Source: a virus. Taken from it: a DNA stretch of 64,000 nt. The stretch covers positions 1 to 64,000 of IMG/VR virus record IMGVR_UViG_3300036832_000330. One strand, written 5' to 3'. The translations under genes were made by a program, and so were the position numbers. How positions within the stretch are numbered: the first letter of the stretch is position 1; the number at the start of each line of letters is the position of its first letter. Positions 24,043-34,013 of the stretch are shown here, piece by piece. The notes under the pieces were generated by a model. It ran no database searches and was not told the DNA's origin. It saw nothing but the letters and a program-made list of their open reading frames with translations.

Positions 24043-25796
24043 TGTCTATCCAGTTCCAGTCCCCCAGCTATAGAGCGGCATCGTCTGACCTGACGATCCA
24101 GATAAGTCCCCTGGGACTTGTCGAGCTAGCCGACGAAGAGTTTGAGGTACATGGCCCCAGGCTCAATCGCTACGCCATGAACTGGGCCTTTTACTTGGGG
24201 TACCACTGGGCACAGCGACCGGACCTGGGTGAGCCACAACTCACGTTCAACTACACCCGTGCCCTCAGTGACTTCACCACCAACTTCGTGTTCGGCAAGG
24301 GCGTTGGCTTTCGCTCCCCAGACGCCACCGGGGCCATCGTGCCCACCCGGTTACAGCGGATCTGGGAGAAGGACAACAAGAAGGACTCGCTCCTCTGGGA
24401 GATGGGGTCCATGGGTAGCGTCACGGGGGACTGTTTCATCAAGGTGGCGTATGAAGAGCCGTGGGCTGACCCGTCCGGGATGCCGCATCCAGGACGGGTA
24501 CGCATCCTGCCCTTGAACGCGGCCTTCTGCTTTCCCGAATGGCACCCTCATGATCGCAAGCGGCTCATCCGCTTCAAGCTGAAGTACCGGTTCTGGGGCA
24601 CCACTCAGGAAGGTACCCGTCAGGTCTTCACCTATACCGAGTTGCTGACCGAGAACCAGATCGAGGAGTACGTCAACGACGAACTGATCGACACCAGGGA
24701 GAACCCCCTGGGCGAGATCCCCATTGTCCACATCAGCAACTTGCCAATCGCTTCATCGCCCTGGGGCATGCCCGACATCCAGGACGTGACGGTGTTGAAC
24801 CGCACCTACAACGAGGTTGCCACCGACATCACCGACATCGTGAACTACCACGCTGCTCCGGTGACGGTGGTGATCGGCGCTCGGGCCTCCAACCTGGAGA
24901 AGGGCAGTCATCAGACCTGGAGTATCCCTAACAAGGACGCCAAGGTGGAGAACTTGCTCTTCGACCCACGCGGCATCGAGGAGGCCATCAAGCTGCTGGA
25001 TGTCCTGAAGAACGCCATGCATGAGATGACCGGTGTTCCCAAAACCGCCCTGGGCGAAGAGCAGGCCATCTCCAATACCTCTGGGGTAGCTCTGGCGATC
25101 CAGTACCAGCCCCTCATGAATCGGTTCAACCTGAAGAAGACTCAGTACGGAGAGGGCCTGGCTGAGGTCAATAGGTTGGCGCTGAAGACCTTGTTCATGA
25201 AGGAGCCGGAAACCCTGGTCTACAACCCCACCTGGGATCCGCCTCTCCAGGATGACCAGATGCCGATGCTGGATCCCATGGACCCTCTCACCTACGAGAA
25301 CACGGTCCACTTCCAGCCTCCGCTCCCCGTCGACAAGCTGGTGCTGCTCAACGAGCTACAGGTCAAGATGGCCCTGGGCCTGGAATCCAAGCGTGGTGCC
25401 CTTCAGGAACTGGGTGAGGAGTTCCCGGATGAGAAGCTCCAGGAGCTTTTCCACGAGTTAATCGATGACGCAGAGCAGCAAGCTGCTCTGGAGCTACTCA
25501 AGGCCCAGGTGGCCTCCTTCGTCGCCAACATGACCGGCATGGTCAGCCCGGAGGGTCCGCAGCCCATGCCGCCGCCGCCGGCTAACGGGAATGGGAACGG
25601 CAGCAGCAACGGTGGTGGGGTGAAGTCGGCGGGTGGTCCCAATGTGAACAGCGCCCCTCAGGCCAAGATCGGTGCTTTGCCGGGGATCGACCTCAAGGAC
25701 AATGAGGACATCAAGAAGATGTTCCAGCGCATCGTCACCCTGTCCCAGGGCACCACCATCCCGCAGCGGCGGGTGCCTGAGGAAGACGAGACATGA
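24042..25796 (+). CDS. Portal protein (SPP1 gp6-like)
   Basis: 584 aa; GSVTGDCFIKV, NPLGEIPIVHI.N, ISNTSGVALAIQY; lies between terminase and capsid. Confidence 0.9.
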   Translation: MSIQFQSPSYRAASSDLTIQISPLGLVELADEEFEVHGPRLNRYAMNWAFYLGYHWAQRPDLGEPQLTFNYTRALSDFTTNFVFGKGVGFRSPDATGAIVPTRLQRIWEKDNKKDSLLWEMGSMGSVTGDCFIKVAYEEPWADPSGMPHPGRVRILPLNAAFCFPEWHPHDRKRLIRFKLKYRFWGTTQEGTRQVFTYTELLTENQIEEYVNDELIDTRENPLGEIPIVHISNLPIASSPWGMPDIQDVTVLNRTYNEVATDITDIVNYHAAPVTVVIGARASNLEKGSHQTWSIPNKDAKVENLLFDPRGIEEAIKLLDVLKNAMHEMTGVPKTALGEEQAISNTSGVALAIQYQPLMNRFNLKKTQYGEGLAEVNRLALKTLFMKEPETLVYNPTWDPPLQDDQMPMLDPMDPLTYENTVHFQPPLPVDKLVLLNELQVKMALGLESKRGALQELGEEFPDEKLQELFHELIDDAEQQAALELLKAQVASFVANMTGMVSPEGPQPMPPPPANGNGNGSSNGGGVKSAGGPNVNSAPQAKIGALPGIDLKDNEDIKKMFQRIVTLSQGTTIPQRRVPEEDET

Positions 25797-26671
25797 CCTC
25801 TCCAGGTGTAGCTGGGCCGCAGTTGAGGCCGTACTATCCCCATCGGGGTAGCCCGGAGAAGCGCGCCCAGCCCACCCAGGGCAAGCTATTCCGCGACCCC
25901 AAGCCCAATGATGAGGCCCGCTACCCCCGTGGCTACACCCCGGAGCGGATGCAAGAAGTGCGGGACATGCCCATCGAGATCCAGCAGGGCCATGAGGGGG
26001 CCTTCTCTGGCCCTGCGGGTCCGCATCAAGTGCGTGAGGTCATCGCCCGTTCCACCACGCCGGCCACCGAACTCCCACACGATCAGGGCACCCTCCAGGT
26101 TGAACTGGGTCATGACATGCCTCATGCACACGGTGCTTATGGCTACGCCTTCGGGGGGCGGCTGGGCAGGATCCGCCTCGACATCGGTCATCACTACAAC
26201 GTGAGCGATTGGTTCTGGCGGCAGAACCAGAGGAGTCAGGGGCAGACGCTTATGCACGAGCTTGGGCACGCTCGCTCTGACGTGGAGCGGAGACCCCACT
26301 CCTACCCCCGCACACAGACGGCACTGGGCCAGGAGGAAGCCTTCGCGGACGAGAACATGCTCCAACGCTGGAGGCCCGATCCCCGTGACGTGCGCCGGGG
26401 CGAGTCATATGGCCCTCCAAGTCCCAGCTACGAGCATGAGGACGCCTTTGAGGGCTTGACCCCACCAGGGGCCAGGAAGCAGACTCCCGCTGGGCAGGTT
26501 GGCAAGGCTGCCAAGACCGCCCATCGGGCCTACCTCAAGGCCCGGACCACCCCCATAGTGAAGGCCCAGCACGAGAAGCTCGTCCATGAGATCCTGCACG
26601 GTCCTCAGCAGCCCCCCCTTCAGAATCAGCAGTTCCATCCCAGTGAGTGGGAACAGACAGAAAGGAGCTAA
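25793..26671 (+). CDS. Zincin-like metallopeptidase-domain protein
   Basis: TLMHELGH (HExxH) with downstream EEAFAD. Confidence 0.7.
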   Translation: MTSPGVAGPQLRPYYPHRGSPEKRAQPTQGKLFRDPKPNDEARYPRGYTPERMQEVRDMPIEIQQGHEGAFSGPAGPHQVREVIARSTTPATELPHDQGTLQVELGHDMPHAHGAYGYAFGGRLGRIRLDIGHHYNVSDWFWRQNQRSQGQTLMHELGHARSDVERRPHSYPRTQTALGQEEAFADENMLQRWRPDPRDVRRGESYGPPSPSYEHEDAFEGLTPPGARKQTPAGQVGKAAKTAHRAYLKARTTPIVKAQHEKLVHEILHGPQQPPLQNQQFHPSEWEQTERS

Positions 26672-26680
26672 CGCCAGTCC

Positions 26681-27481
26681 ATGACCGTCACCGAACCAGG
26701 GACCGTTCCGCCCGAAGGCGAGCCAGCGCCGCCTGATCCCAACAGCATCACCGTCCCTGTCACCCCGCCGGCAGAGCCACCTCCCACCGCTCGTGCCCCT
26801 CGTACCGCCGAGTCGCCCCAGCAGCCGTTCACCCAGGAGGATGTCGAGCGCATCCGTCAGGAAGAGCGCGCTCGGGTGCTGGCAGAGCAGCAGCGTGCGG
26901 ACCAGCTAGAAAATGAGTTGGCTCAGTTCCGCAAGGATGCTGAGGATCGCCAGAAGGCGGAAGAGAAGCTCCAGCGGGACGCGGCCCGTGCGGCCAAGAA
27001 AAAAGAAGAGGAGGAAATGGAGCTTCGTGACCTCATCACTCGGAAGGATCAGGAGTGGGAGGAGCGGCTCCAGGCAGAGCGGGCAGAGCGGGAAAAGGCT
27101 TTCGCCATGCTGGAACAGGAGCGTCGGCACGCTTCGCTCCAGACGTACCTGGCTGCACGAATGGCAGAAATAGGGGACGACATCATGCCTGAGTTGCGTG
27201 ATCTCGTCGCCGGGAACTCAGAGCAAGAGATCGATGCCTCCATCGTTCTTCTCTCCAAAAAATCTGAGTTGATGAAAAACAATGCTGTAACGGCCATGAG
27301 AAATATCAACGCTGGTCGTCCCATGGTGGGCGTCACCGCGCCCCCAGTCGGTCCCATGGAAACCAGCCAAACGTCCCGCACATATACCGCCGATGAACTC
27401 AAGGCGATGACCCCCGAAGAGTACGCTGCTGAACGAGAGAACTTGCTTCGTGCAGCTTCAAACAGCCGTCGAGGACAGTAG
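26681..27481 (+). CDS. Capsid scaffolding protein
   Basis: Pro-rich N-terminus, FTQEDVERIRQEER, long coiled coil, MTPEEYAAER; directly upstream of the capsid gene. Confidence 0.85.
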   Translation: MTVTEPGTVPPEGEPAPPDPNSITVPVTPPAEPPPTARAPRTAESPQQPFTQEDVERIRQEERARVLAEQQRADQLENELAQFRKDAEDRQKAEEKLQRDAARAAKKKEEEEMELRDLITRKDQEWEERLQAERAEREKAFAMLEQERRHASLQTYLAARMAEIGDDIMPELRDLVAGNSEQEIDASIVLLSKKSELMKNNAVTAMRNINAGRPMVGVTAPPVGPMETSQTSRTYTADELKAMTPEEYAAERENLLRAASNSRRGQ

Positions 27482-27513
27482 AGGTAGTACCCGAAAACAG
27501 GAGGTAAGGCACA

Positions 27514-28524
27514 GTGCCTTCAGCCATCACCGGCACCCCGCTGCTGAGTGCGTCACCCACCGGTTATCCGGGTACCAACTCACAGCTTTCCCCGGCCATC
27601 CAGGTCATCTGGTCGAAAGAGATCCTCTTTCAGTCGATGCCCGTACTGCGTTATGAGCAGTTTGCTGTAAAGAAGACGGAACTCGGTGTACAACCGGGTC
27701 TTCAAGTGAACTTCATGCGTTATAACAACCTGGGCGACGCCTCGCAACTGGTTGAAGGCGTTCGCATGCAGACCGCCGCCCTGACGGCCTCCCAGTACGC
27801 CATCACGGTGGCTGAGCAGGGCTACGCCGTGGCCGTGAGCGAGCTACTGCTCAATGCGTCCTTCGATGACGTGATGGCCTCGTCCTCCAGGTTGCTCGGG
27901 CGCAACATGGCGAAGTACCTGGACGGCAGTGCCCGTGACACGCTGTACCAGGCGTCCTCGGCCATCTTCGGCTACCAGTTGCCCACTGGTGCCATCACGC
28001 CGATCTCGCCCTACGACGCTGGCACAGTGGCTGCCAACTACAGCGCCCTGGCCGGGACGTACTACTTCAGCGTCAACGTCGCGAAAGATGCGGTCGAGAC
28101 CCTGGCTACCAAGAACGTCCCCCGCATCGGTGAGACCTACGTTTCCTTCATCGACCCTCACCAGTCTAGAAGGTTACGAGATAACCCCGAGTTCATCGAA
28201 ATGACAAAATATGCAGCAGCGGGTAATTTCATGATCGGGGAGATCGGACGCCTCAACGACGTGGTCTACATCGAGACCACCCAGGTGCGTCAGTACGCCG
28301 TCAACACCGGGCCGGCGGGCATGGGTGCCACCACCAACGCGGGCGTCACTCACGGGGCCATGTTCCTGGGCGACAATGCCTTCGGTCACGCCATTGCATT
28401 GCCTGTCGAGCTACGTGATGGCGGTGTATTGGATTTCGGTAGAGAACATGCACTTTGCTGGTATGCCATCTGGGGATTCGGCCTCATAACGGACCAGAGC
28501 GTGGTTATCGCTTGGACTAACTGA
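27514..28524 (+). CDS. Major capsid protein (N4-gp56 family)
   Basis: WSKEILFQSMP.LRYEQFAVKKTEL, GEIGRL.DV.YIETT, ELRDGG..DFGREH; AGGAGG RBS. Confidence 0.92.
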   Translation: MPSAITGTPLLSASPTGYPGTNSQLSPAIQVIWSKEILFQSMPVLRYEQFAVKKTELGVQPGLQVNFMRYNNLGDASQLVEGVRMQTAALTASQYAITVAEQGYAVAVSELLLNASFDDVMASSSRLLGRNMAKYLDGSARDTLYQASSAIFGYQLPTGAITPISPYDAGTVAANYSALAGTYYFSVNVAKDAVETLATKNVPRIGETYVSFIDPHQSRRLRDNPEFIEMTKYAAAGNFMIGEIGRLNDVVYIETTQVRQYAVNTGPAGMGATTNAGVTHGAMFLGDNAFGHAIALPVELRDGGVLDFGREHALCWYAIWGFGLITDQSVVIAWTN

Positions 28525-28535
28525 GAAACGTCGAT

Positions 28536-29063
28536 ATGCCTAGAGCGCAGCGTGGCGACTTCACTGGTGCCCAGCGTCAGCAATTGGCTGAGGAGAAGGC
28601 CGCAGAGTTAGCGGAGCGCCAGCAGGAAATCGGCCTGGTGAATCAGGTCGACATAGTGAATGAGGAAGAGGGGATCTGGGATCCTTCTACCGGTCAGGTG
28701 ATGGAGTTGTCGCCTGATGCTGCGGAGAAGATCCGCCAGGCTGAAGAGCCGGTTACGGTCGACACCGATCCGATCCTGGACCCCTCTGTCCCCGTGCCTG
28801 GTTATGACCCCATGAAGGACTTCCAGGACACACAAATCCAGCAACGGAAGGTGCAGCATTCAGTGAATACCCTGGAGGTGCAAGACCTGGGGCCTGAGCC
28901 GATGACCGTCGACACCGAGTGGAAGGTCATCCGGGTCAACACCGACATCGAGGACATGACCTACGGGGTGGGCACCAGCTACACCTTCCTGCGGGGCCGG
29001 CGCTATCGCGTCCCCTTCCCCCTGTACCAGTGGCTTGAGAGTCGGGGCGTGATTTACCATTGA
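28536..29063 (+). CDS. Head-associated hypothetical protein
   Basis: IRVNTDIEDMTYG.G..YTF..GRRYRVP C-terminus; follows the capsid gene. Confidence 0.7.
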   Translation: MPRAQRGDFTGAQRQQLAEEKAAELAERQQEIGLVNQVDIVNEEEGIWDPSTGQVMELSPDAAEKIRQAEEPVTVDTDPILDPSVPVPGYDPMKDFQDTQIQQRKVQHSVNTLEVQDLGPEPMTVDTEWKVIRVNTDIEDMTYGVGTSYTFLRGRRYRVPFPLYQWLESRGVIYH

Positions 29064-29371
29064 CCGACACTGAGCCTGAGCTAATCGAGCGCGAGTGTGC
29101 CAAGTGCGGGGCCTCCGACACGGAGCCGCATCATTTAAGTTACGTTTCCCTCAGGCACCCGGTGAGCGGCGAGGGCGTGGACTTGTCGGTGAGCAAGCAC
29201 ATCCAGTGCTGCGCTGAGGATGGCTGCCCCATCTGCTCGGCTGATGTTGAGCGCGCTGCCCAGGAAGGGGTTGATCCCTCCCGGTTACGGAGCTTCCTCC
29301 AGAACCGCCCTGCTGACCATCAGCAGATGCTCCAGGAACAGTTCGGGATAGCGACCGCCCAGGAGGAGTAA
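29060..29371 (+). CDS. Cys/His-rich hypothetical protein
   Basis: CAKC..D..PHH...HIQC...GCPIC. Confidence 0.65.
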   Translation: MTDTEPELIERECAKCGASDTEPHHLSYVSLRHPVSGEGVDLSVSKHIQCCAEDGCPICSADVERAAQEGVDPSRLRSFLQNRPADHQQMLQEQFGIATAQEE

Positions 29372-29763
29372 TGGCGAACCTCGTCACCACCGAAGCCAAC
29401 AACATCCTGGCGGCAAGCTCGGGCCAGGCTGCTTATGTCGCCCCCATCGGCAACATCATGGTGGCCCTGGTGACCTCCTTGGGCACAGCCCTCCAGGCCG
29501 GCGCGGAGGTGACGAACACTGGTGGGAGTCAGTACGCCCGCCAGCAGATCACCTTCGCTGCGCCCAACGCCGGCAGCATCGCCTCCAGCAATGCCCTGAC
29601 CTACGCCAACATGCCGGCGGTAACCGTGGTGGGTGTGGACGAGTACGACTCGGCACCCACCCCGGTCAGACGCTGGACCGGCTCGCTGTCGACCACCAAG
29701 TCAGTGAACGCAGGCGACACCTTCTCGATCTCGATAGGTAGCTATAGCAAGAGCATGTCATGA
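29371..29763 (+). CDS. Virion structural protein (small beta-rich fibre/decoration-type)
   Basis: GAEVT..GGSQYARQQITF.AP..G...SN..T...MP...GDTFSI. Confidence 0.7.
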   Translation: MANLVTTEANNILAASSGQAAYVAPIGNIMVALVTSLGTALQAGAEVTNTGGSQYARQQITFAAPNAGSIASSNALTYANMPAVTVVGVDEYDSAPTPVRRWTGSLSTTKSVNAGDTFSISIGSYSKSMS

Positions 29764-29942
29764 GCGTCGTCAGCGGCGTGGTAACCATGACGGCATCGAC
29801 CACCATGGTGGTGACTCCTCTTCAACCACCTCCACTGGTCGACCAGATCATCGCCCTGTCCGGTCAAGATCCAGCCCTGCTGGGGGCCATGGGCTACATG
29901 GACGATGTCTTCACCACTCGTCTGGTGGGTGACATCAACTAG
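29760..29942 (+). CDS. Small hypothetical protein
   Basis: ATGA-coupled 60-aa ORF. Confidence 0.5.
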   Translation: MSVVSGVVTMTASTTMVVTPLQPPPLVDQIIALSGQDPALLGAMGYMDDVFTTRLVGDIN

Positions 29943-30520
29943 CGCATACAGGCCAGGAAGTTGAAGACCTGGCTCTTCTCCTTGATGGAGATGGGTTTCA
30001 GGGAGTATCCGGCTGGGCAGGTAGTTCCCGTAGGCCCTGCTGGCCCCCGTGGTCCGGTCGAACCGGTTTGCCCCGTAGCTCCCTTCGTTCCTTGGGGACC
30101 GGGAGGCCCAGCAGGGCCAGCAGGTCCGCTACGCCCAGTCGCGCCAGTTGCACCCGGTTGCCCCTGCGATCCTGCGGATCCGGTGGATCCTGTCTGGCCT
30201 TGTGTTCCCGTCGCTCCCGCCGTGCCGGTGCTTCCCGCTGCTCCCACTGCTCCCGCCTGGCTCGCAGTTGTTGATCCGGTTGATCCGGTTCCGGCTGGTC
30301 CGATGGCACCTCTTTCTCCTTGTGGTCCCCGTTGGCCTGTTGGCCCTGGCGGTCCAGTTTTCCCCTGCGGTCCAGGGGGGCCATGTACTCCTGGTGGCCC
30401 TGCTGCCGCAGGTTCGGGAGGATTCCCCACTACCAGAGCTATGGCGCAGGCAATAAATAGGGCAGCGGCGATGAGTAGCAAGGCCACCCCGCTACTAAAG
30501 ACTCTTCGGATCCACCCCAT
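29939..30520 (-). CDS. Membrane-anchored collagen-like protein (lysis cassette)
   Basis: N-terminal transmembrane helix, long Gly-X-Y run, C-terminal CPAGY...C. Confidence 0.8.
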   Translation of the reverse strand: MGWIRRVFSSGVALLLIAAALFIACAIALVVGNPPEPAAAGPPGVHGPPGPQGKTGPPGPTGQRGPQGERGAIGPAGTGSTGSTTASQAGAVGAAGSTGTAGATGTQGQTGSTGSAGSQGQPGATGATGRSGPAGPAGPPGPQGTKGATGQTGSTGPRGPAGPTGTTCPAGYSLKPISIKEKSQVFNFLACMR

Positions 30521-30773
30521 CCTCTTCCCCGTTCTGTTTCGGCGGCTTGATGCCATGTTCCGCCAGATCGAGTAGAAGCTCATAGTTGTGACGTTCCGCC
30601 TCGATGCGTAGACGACGCTCGTCGGCCAGCATGTGGCTCATGCTGTCGAGGTCTTCTTTGGCTCCCTTGCGCTCCTTGTTACGCACGGTCCTGATCGCCA
30701 GCAAGACACCCCCGATGGCGGCGACGATCCCCCCTATCCCGGCGATGAGGGCGATGAGATCGGTGACACTCAT
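30495..30773 (-). CDS. Putative holin / membrane protein (1 TM + coiled coil)
   Basis: [22 protein letters not shown]; downstream of the endolysin. Confidence 0.65.
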   Translation of the reverse strand: MSVTDLIALIAGIGGIVAAIGGVLLAIRTVRNKERKGAKEDLDSMSHMLADERRLRIEAERHNYELLLDLAEHGIKPPKQNGEEDGVDPKSL

Positions 30774-31048
30774 TCATCTCGTCTGCGACGCCTGGTCATG
30801 GCGAGGAGCATGGTCTCCACTGGGATGATGCCGATCAGGATCAGTCCCGTGATGATGTAGGCGATGTTCTTGCTGCTGGCGCTGACCGAGTAGGTGATGA
30901 TCCACACCCCCAGCAGGAAGACGGCTACCTGTCGGACGATAGCTACCCATCGTGGGTATTCCTGATCCTTGTTGACACGCTGAGCCAGCCACTCAAGCCG
31001 ACTGACCTCCTTCGGTTCCTCAGATTCTCGGCCTGGTACCGAACTCAT
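30770..31048 (-). CDS. Putative holin (2 TM, basic C-terminus)
   Basis: Two hydrophobic helices and an RRRRR tail; directly after the endolysin. Confidence 0.7.
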   Translation of the reverse strand: MSSVPGRESEEPKEVSRLEWLAQRVNKDQEYPRWVAIVRQVAVFLLGVWIITYSVSASSKNIAYIITGLILIGIIPVETMLLAMTRRRRRDE

Positions 31049-31882
31049 TCATGTGACCGGAGCGGTCCATGAGGTAGCCCAAGTCTGTGATCCCACTAGA
31101 CCATCTACGGTCAAGCCCTTCTCGGATTGGAAGCTGCGGGCCACGCTGTATGACTGATCACCGAAGTCACCGTCCACGCTTATGGCCCATCCTCTGTGCG
31201 CCATCTGCTGTTGCCAGGTGCGGACGTTCGTGCTATCCACGCCACCGTAATGGCCGGAATGACAATATGGGCTGGGGTCCGGTCGCCCCAGGTAGTGACC
31301 CGCCGGATAGGGAAAGGGTGGGGCTTTACCTGCCGGGGGAGGCGTGGGCGTAGGTCCGGGTGATGGTGCTGGTTGCCCCCCGGCCATGGCGATGACCTCG
31401 TCCATGGGGAAGCCACTCCCGCAATCGACGTGCCCGCCCCCCCAGCTACCGAGATCGATGTGCTGGCATACACCCCGTCCATTGGACTGGGCCTGCTGGG
31501 CGTTCAGCTTGGTCAATGGGATGCCGAAAGCAGCACTCTCCTCACGTAGCCAGGACGCCACGTTGGAGAGCATGTTGGGGTGCCTGTGCCACTCGGCGCT
31601 GTCCCAGGCGGCAAACGCACAGATTTCTGCCTGACAGGCCACTGGATTAGCATTGCTCGCGGTCCAGGCTTTATCACCACGTTTTACGTAGACGCCGATA
31701 GTGCCCAAAGTGTCGTCTATGCCAGCATGGCTGGAGACACCGCTTGAAGAAGACGCAAAATAGTTACCCAACGACTGGTACGTCCTCGATCCCTCAGCCG
31801 TATGCAGCACCAGGAGGCGCACACCGGCCCCGCCCCGGCTGGAGTAGTTCGGACTGGGGATAGCAACACGGTTCAGCGCCAT
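31049..31882 (-). CDS. Endolysin: N-acetylmuramoyl-L-alanine amidase + peptidoglycan-binding domain
   Basis: SPNYSSR...VLHTAEG...SSH...AW...E...H.D.G; C-terminal VDGDFG...FQSEKGLTVDGLVG. Confidence 0.92.
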   Translation of the reverse strand: MALNRVAIPSPNYSSRGGAGVRLLVLHTAEGSRTYQSLGNYFASSSSGVSSHAGIDDTLGTIGVYVKRGDKAWTASNANPVACQAEICAFAAWDSAEWHRHPNMLSNVASWLREESAAFGIPLTKLNAQQAQSNGRGVCQHIDLGSWGGGHVDCGSGFPMDEVIAMAGGQPAPSPGPTPTPPPAGKAPPFPYPAGHYLGRPDPSPYCHSGHYGGVDSTNVRTWQQQMAHRGWAISVDGDFGDQSYSVARSFQSEKGLTVDGLVGSQTWATSWTAPVT

Positions 31883-32028
31883 CTACGATCCTCCTCATCG
31901 TCCAGGGGAGTCTTGGCATGATCGTGGATTGGTTCCTTGTTCGGCTCTTCCGCGGGATCGGGCCATAGGACACCGACGCTCTCGTGGAAATTCTCGGGAT
32001 CTGGATCCCGCGATCGATCTCTTTCCAT
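31873..32028 (-). CDS. Small acidic hypothetical protein
   Basis: Hand translation MERDRSRDPDPENFHES...; AGGAG RBS. Confidence 0.45.
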   Translation of the reverse strand: MERDRSRDPDPENFHESVGVLWPDPAEEPNKEPIHDHAKTPLDDEEDRRWR

Positions 32029-32035
32029 GTAGCTC

Positions 32036-32215
32036 CTAGTTGATCTGTTCGCCTGTGGTGGGGTTGAACTCGCTGGCAGGGTCTTCGGTGCCGGGAGGAA
32101 CGTCCTCTTCCGGCTCTGGGGTCTCCTCTTCCGGCTCTGGGGTCACCTCAGCAGACTTCTCTGTCTCGGTGTCGGGGCCTTCACCCTCAGGCGTTGGCTC
32201 TTCAGTGGTGGACAT
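32036..32215 (-). CDS. Small acidic Pro/Glu-rich protein
   Basis: Hand translation MSTTEEPTPEGEGP...TPEPEEE TPEPEED...FNPTTGEQIN. Confidence 0.55.
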   Translation of the reverse strand: MSTTEEPTPEGEGPDTETEKSAEVTPEPEEETPEPEEDVPPGTEDPASEFNPTTGEQIN

Positions 32216-32256
32216 GGTCTAAAGGTAGTTCTCGACTGGTCGACGCTCGGCGTCAA

Positions 32257-33060
32257 CTAGTTCGCCCACAGTTCGGCGTAGATCGTCATGGCACCAGCAG
32301 ACACAGGCGTGTACTGGTAAAGAGCGACCCTCTCTCCTGGCCGGATGGCAGGAGCTTCGGTGCTACGGATGTACTGACCGGAGAAGGTGCCCCCACCGCT
32401 CACCTGTGACCCACAAACGACGTTGTTCGCGCTGTCATAAACCATCACGTAGATCTGCCCACCGGTCTCGTTGGCAGTGCAGTTCTCCCGATAGGTGAAG
32501 ATGACCGAGTGCAGGTTGCCGTCGTTGGGGGCGGTCCAGGTCACGATGTCCTGGGTTCCGTTGACGAGGGCCACGCCACTCGCTCCGGTAGAGGCGACAC
32601 GCTGTAAGCCGGCAGCCGTCCCCGCAGGACCGGTCGCTCCAGTCGGACCAAGTGGCCCCTGTGCCCCGGTAGGTCCGACCTGACCCTGCACCCCTTGAGG
32701 CCCCAAAGGACCGGGTATTCCCTGGACGCCCTGAGGTCCGACCGCGATGTCCAGGGCCATCCAGCCCTGGATCGAGTCGTAGAACCAGACCACAGGCGGG
32801 GTGCCTACCAGCCACACCATGCCGGCCTGAGCCGGCGTAGGAACAGCGGGTAGGTGGGTGTTGTCAGCGACTGATCCGGCGACGAGGAAGCCGCCTGGAG
32901 GCCCCTGTGGCCCGCTGGGACCGACTGGGCCGGCGGGACCGGTTGGCCCCTGCATCCCACCTGGACCCTGTGGCCCTGGTTTGCCTGGAGGCCCAGGTAG
33001 TCCTGGGACAGTGATCTCGATCACGTCCGCAGTCGGCCCGGTGACCGTGATGTCACTCAT
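32257..33060 (-). CDS. Collagen-repeat virion fibre protein
   Basis: MSDITVTGP..., two Gly-X-Y blocks, beta-rich C-terminus. Confidence 0.8.
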   Translation of the reverse strand: MSDITVTGPTADVIEITVPGLPGPPGKPGPQGPGGMQGPTGPAGPVGPSGPQGPPGGFLVAGSVADNTHLPAVPTPAQAGMVWLVGTPPVVWFYDSIQGWMALDIAVGPQGVQGIPGPLGPQGVQGQVGPTGAQGPLGPTGATGPAGTAAGLQRVASTGASGVALVNGTQDIVTWTAPNDGNLHSVIFTYRENCTANETGGQIYVMVYDSANNVVCGSQVSGGGTFSGQYIRSTEAPAIRPGERVALYQYTPVSAGAMTIYAELWAN

Positions 33061-33505
33061 AGCTGCCTCGCTCTCCGATGGTGAGGGCCAGGTTGGTGTT
33101 GGGCTTGGCCGGCTGGGTGATGTTCGGGTCCACGTTGAAGAAGCCGCGCATGATGCGGTCCTGCACTCCGCTGGCGGTGTAGGTGGCGAAGAGGTCATAC
33201 AGGTACGACCGGCCAATGCCCCAGAACCCGACAGCCTGGACGGCCCCTGGATAGTTGCCCTGGGCGAAGTAGGTCAGCGAGTCTTCCTGGCTGATGTGGA
33301 GTGCAATGGTGGCCCCGTCCTCCAGGATGGTGCAGCGGCTGGAGGCGGCGTCGAGGCGCATGACCAGTACCCAGTTGGTGTTGCGGATCTCCATGACCGC
33401 GTCGCTCAGTGGCACCAGTTGCGCCGTTTGGGAGTCTCTGATCGCCACGGTTCTTTGCCAGTCGGCCCAGGCGTCGAGATAGAGGTCGTATTGAGCTAGT
33501 GCCAT
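33053..33505 (-). CDS. Virion structural protein (fibre adaptor-like)
   Basis: YDLY.D..ADW...A.MEIR...YLYDLF...RIMRG.F.V.P.IT pattern. Confidence 0.65.
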   Translation of the reverse strand: MALAQYDLYLDAWADWQRTVAIRDSQTAQLVPLSDAVMEIRNTNWVLVMRLDAASSRCTILEDGATIALHISQEDSLTYFAQGNYPGAVQAVGFWGIGRSYLYDLFATYTASGVQDRIMRGFFNVDPNITQPAKPNTNLALTIGERGSYE

Positions 33506-33506
33506 A

Positions 33507-34013
33507 TCACCACGTCATGGTCTGTACGAAGAAGTCCTGCTGCTGGGTGTCGTTGACCACCTCTTCGGCCTTGATCTGCTCGCCCAGCGCAGAGATGGTC
33601 ATATAAGTGCCGTGGACGAAGCCTTGTTTTTCATACTTCGTCACCTTGTAGACGATGTTGTCGTAGCTGAACCGATCACGAAAATGGTTGGCGGTGTTGA
33701 GCGGGCTGATGCGAAAGCGGTCCATAGCCGCCGTCACCTGGAACACGATGCTGGCGGTGGAGAGGACGTAGAAGCCCTCGTCGGTCTCCAAGGGGTCATC
33801 CTGGCGGAAGTCGACAAACATGACGGGTAGTACCACGGGTGGGTACCAGGCGCGGCTCGGTCCCTCGTCGTAGACCTGATGCTTGGTCGAGGCCATGGGG
33901 TCGTACTCAGCCCACAGGACGGCCTCGCCCCAGTATCGCTGGTAGTTCCGCATGACCTCGTTCATGCGGATGATCTGATCCTTCTGGTACCAGGCCGGCG
34001 TGTAGAGAGGCAT
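33507..34013 (-). CDS. Neck / head-closure protein
   Basis: YDEG..R.W..PV.LPV...GFY...DRF.YD..VY; lies in the neck block. Confidence 0.6.
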   Translation of the reverse strand: MPLYTPAWYQKDQIIRMNEVMRNYQRYWGEAVLWAEYDPMASTKHQVYDEGPSRAWYPPVVLPVMFVDFRQDDPLETDEGFYVLSTASIVFQVTAAMDRFRISPLNTANHFRDRFSYDNIVYKVTKYEKQGFVHGTYMTISALGEQIKAEEVVNDTQQQDFFVQTMTW

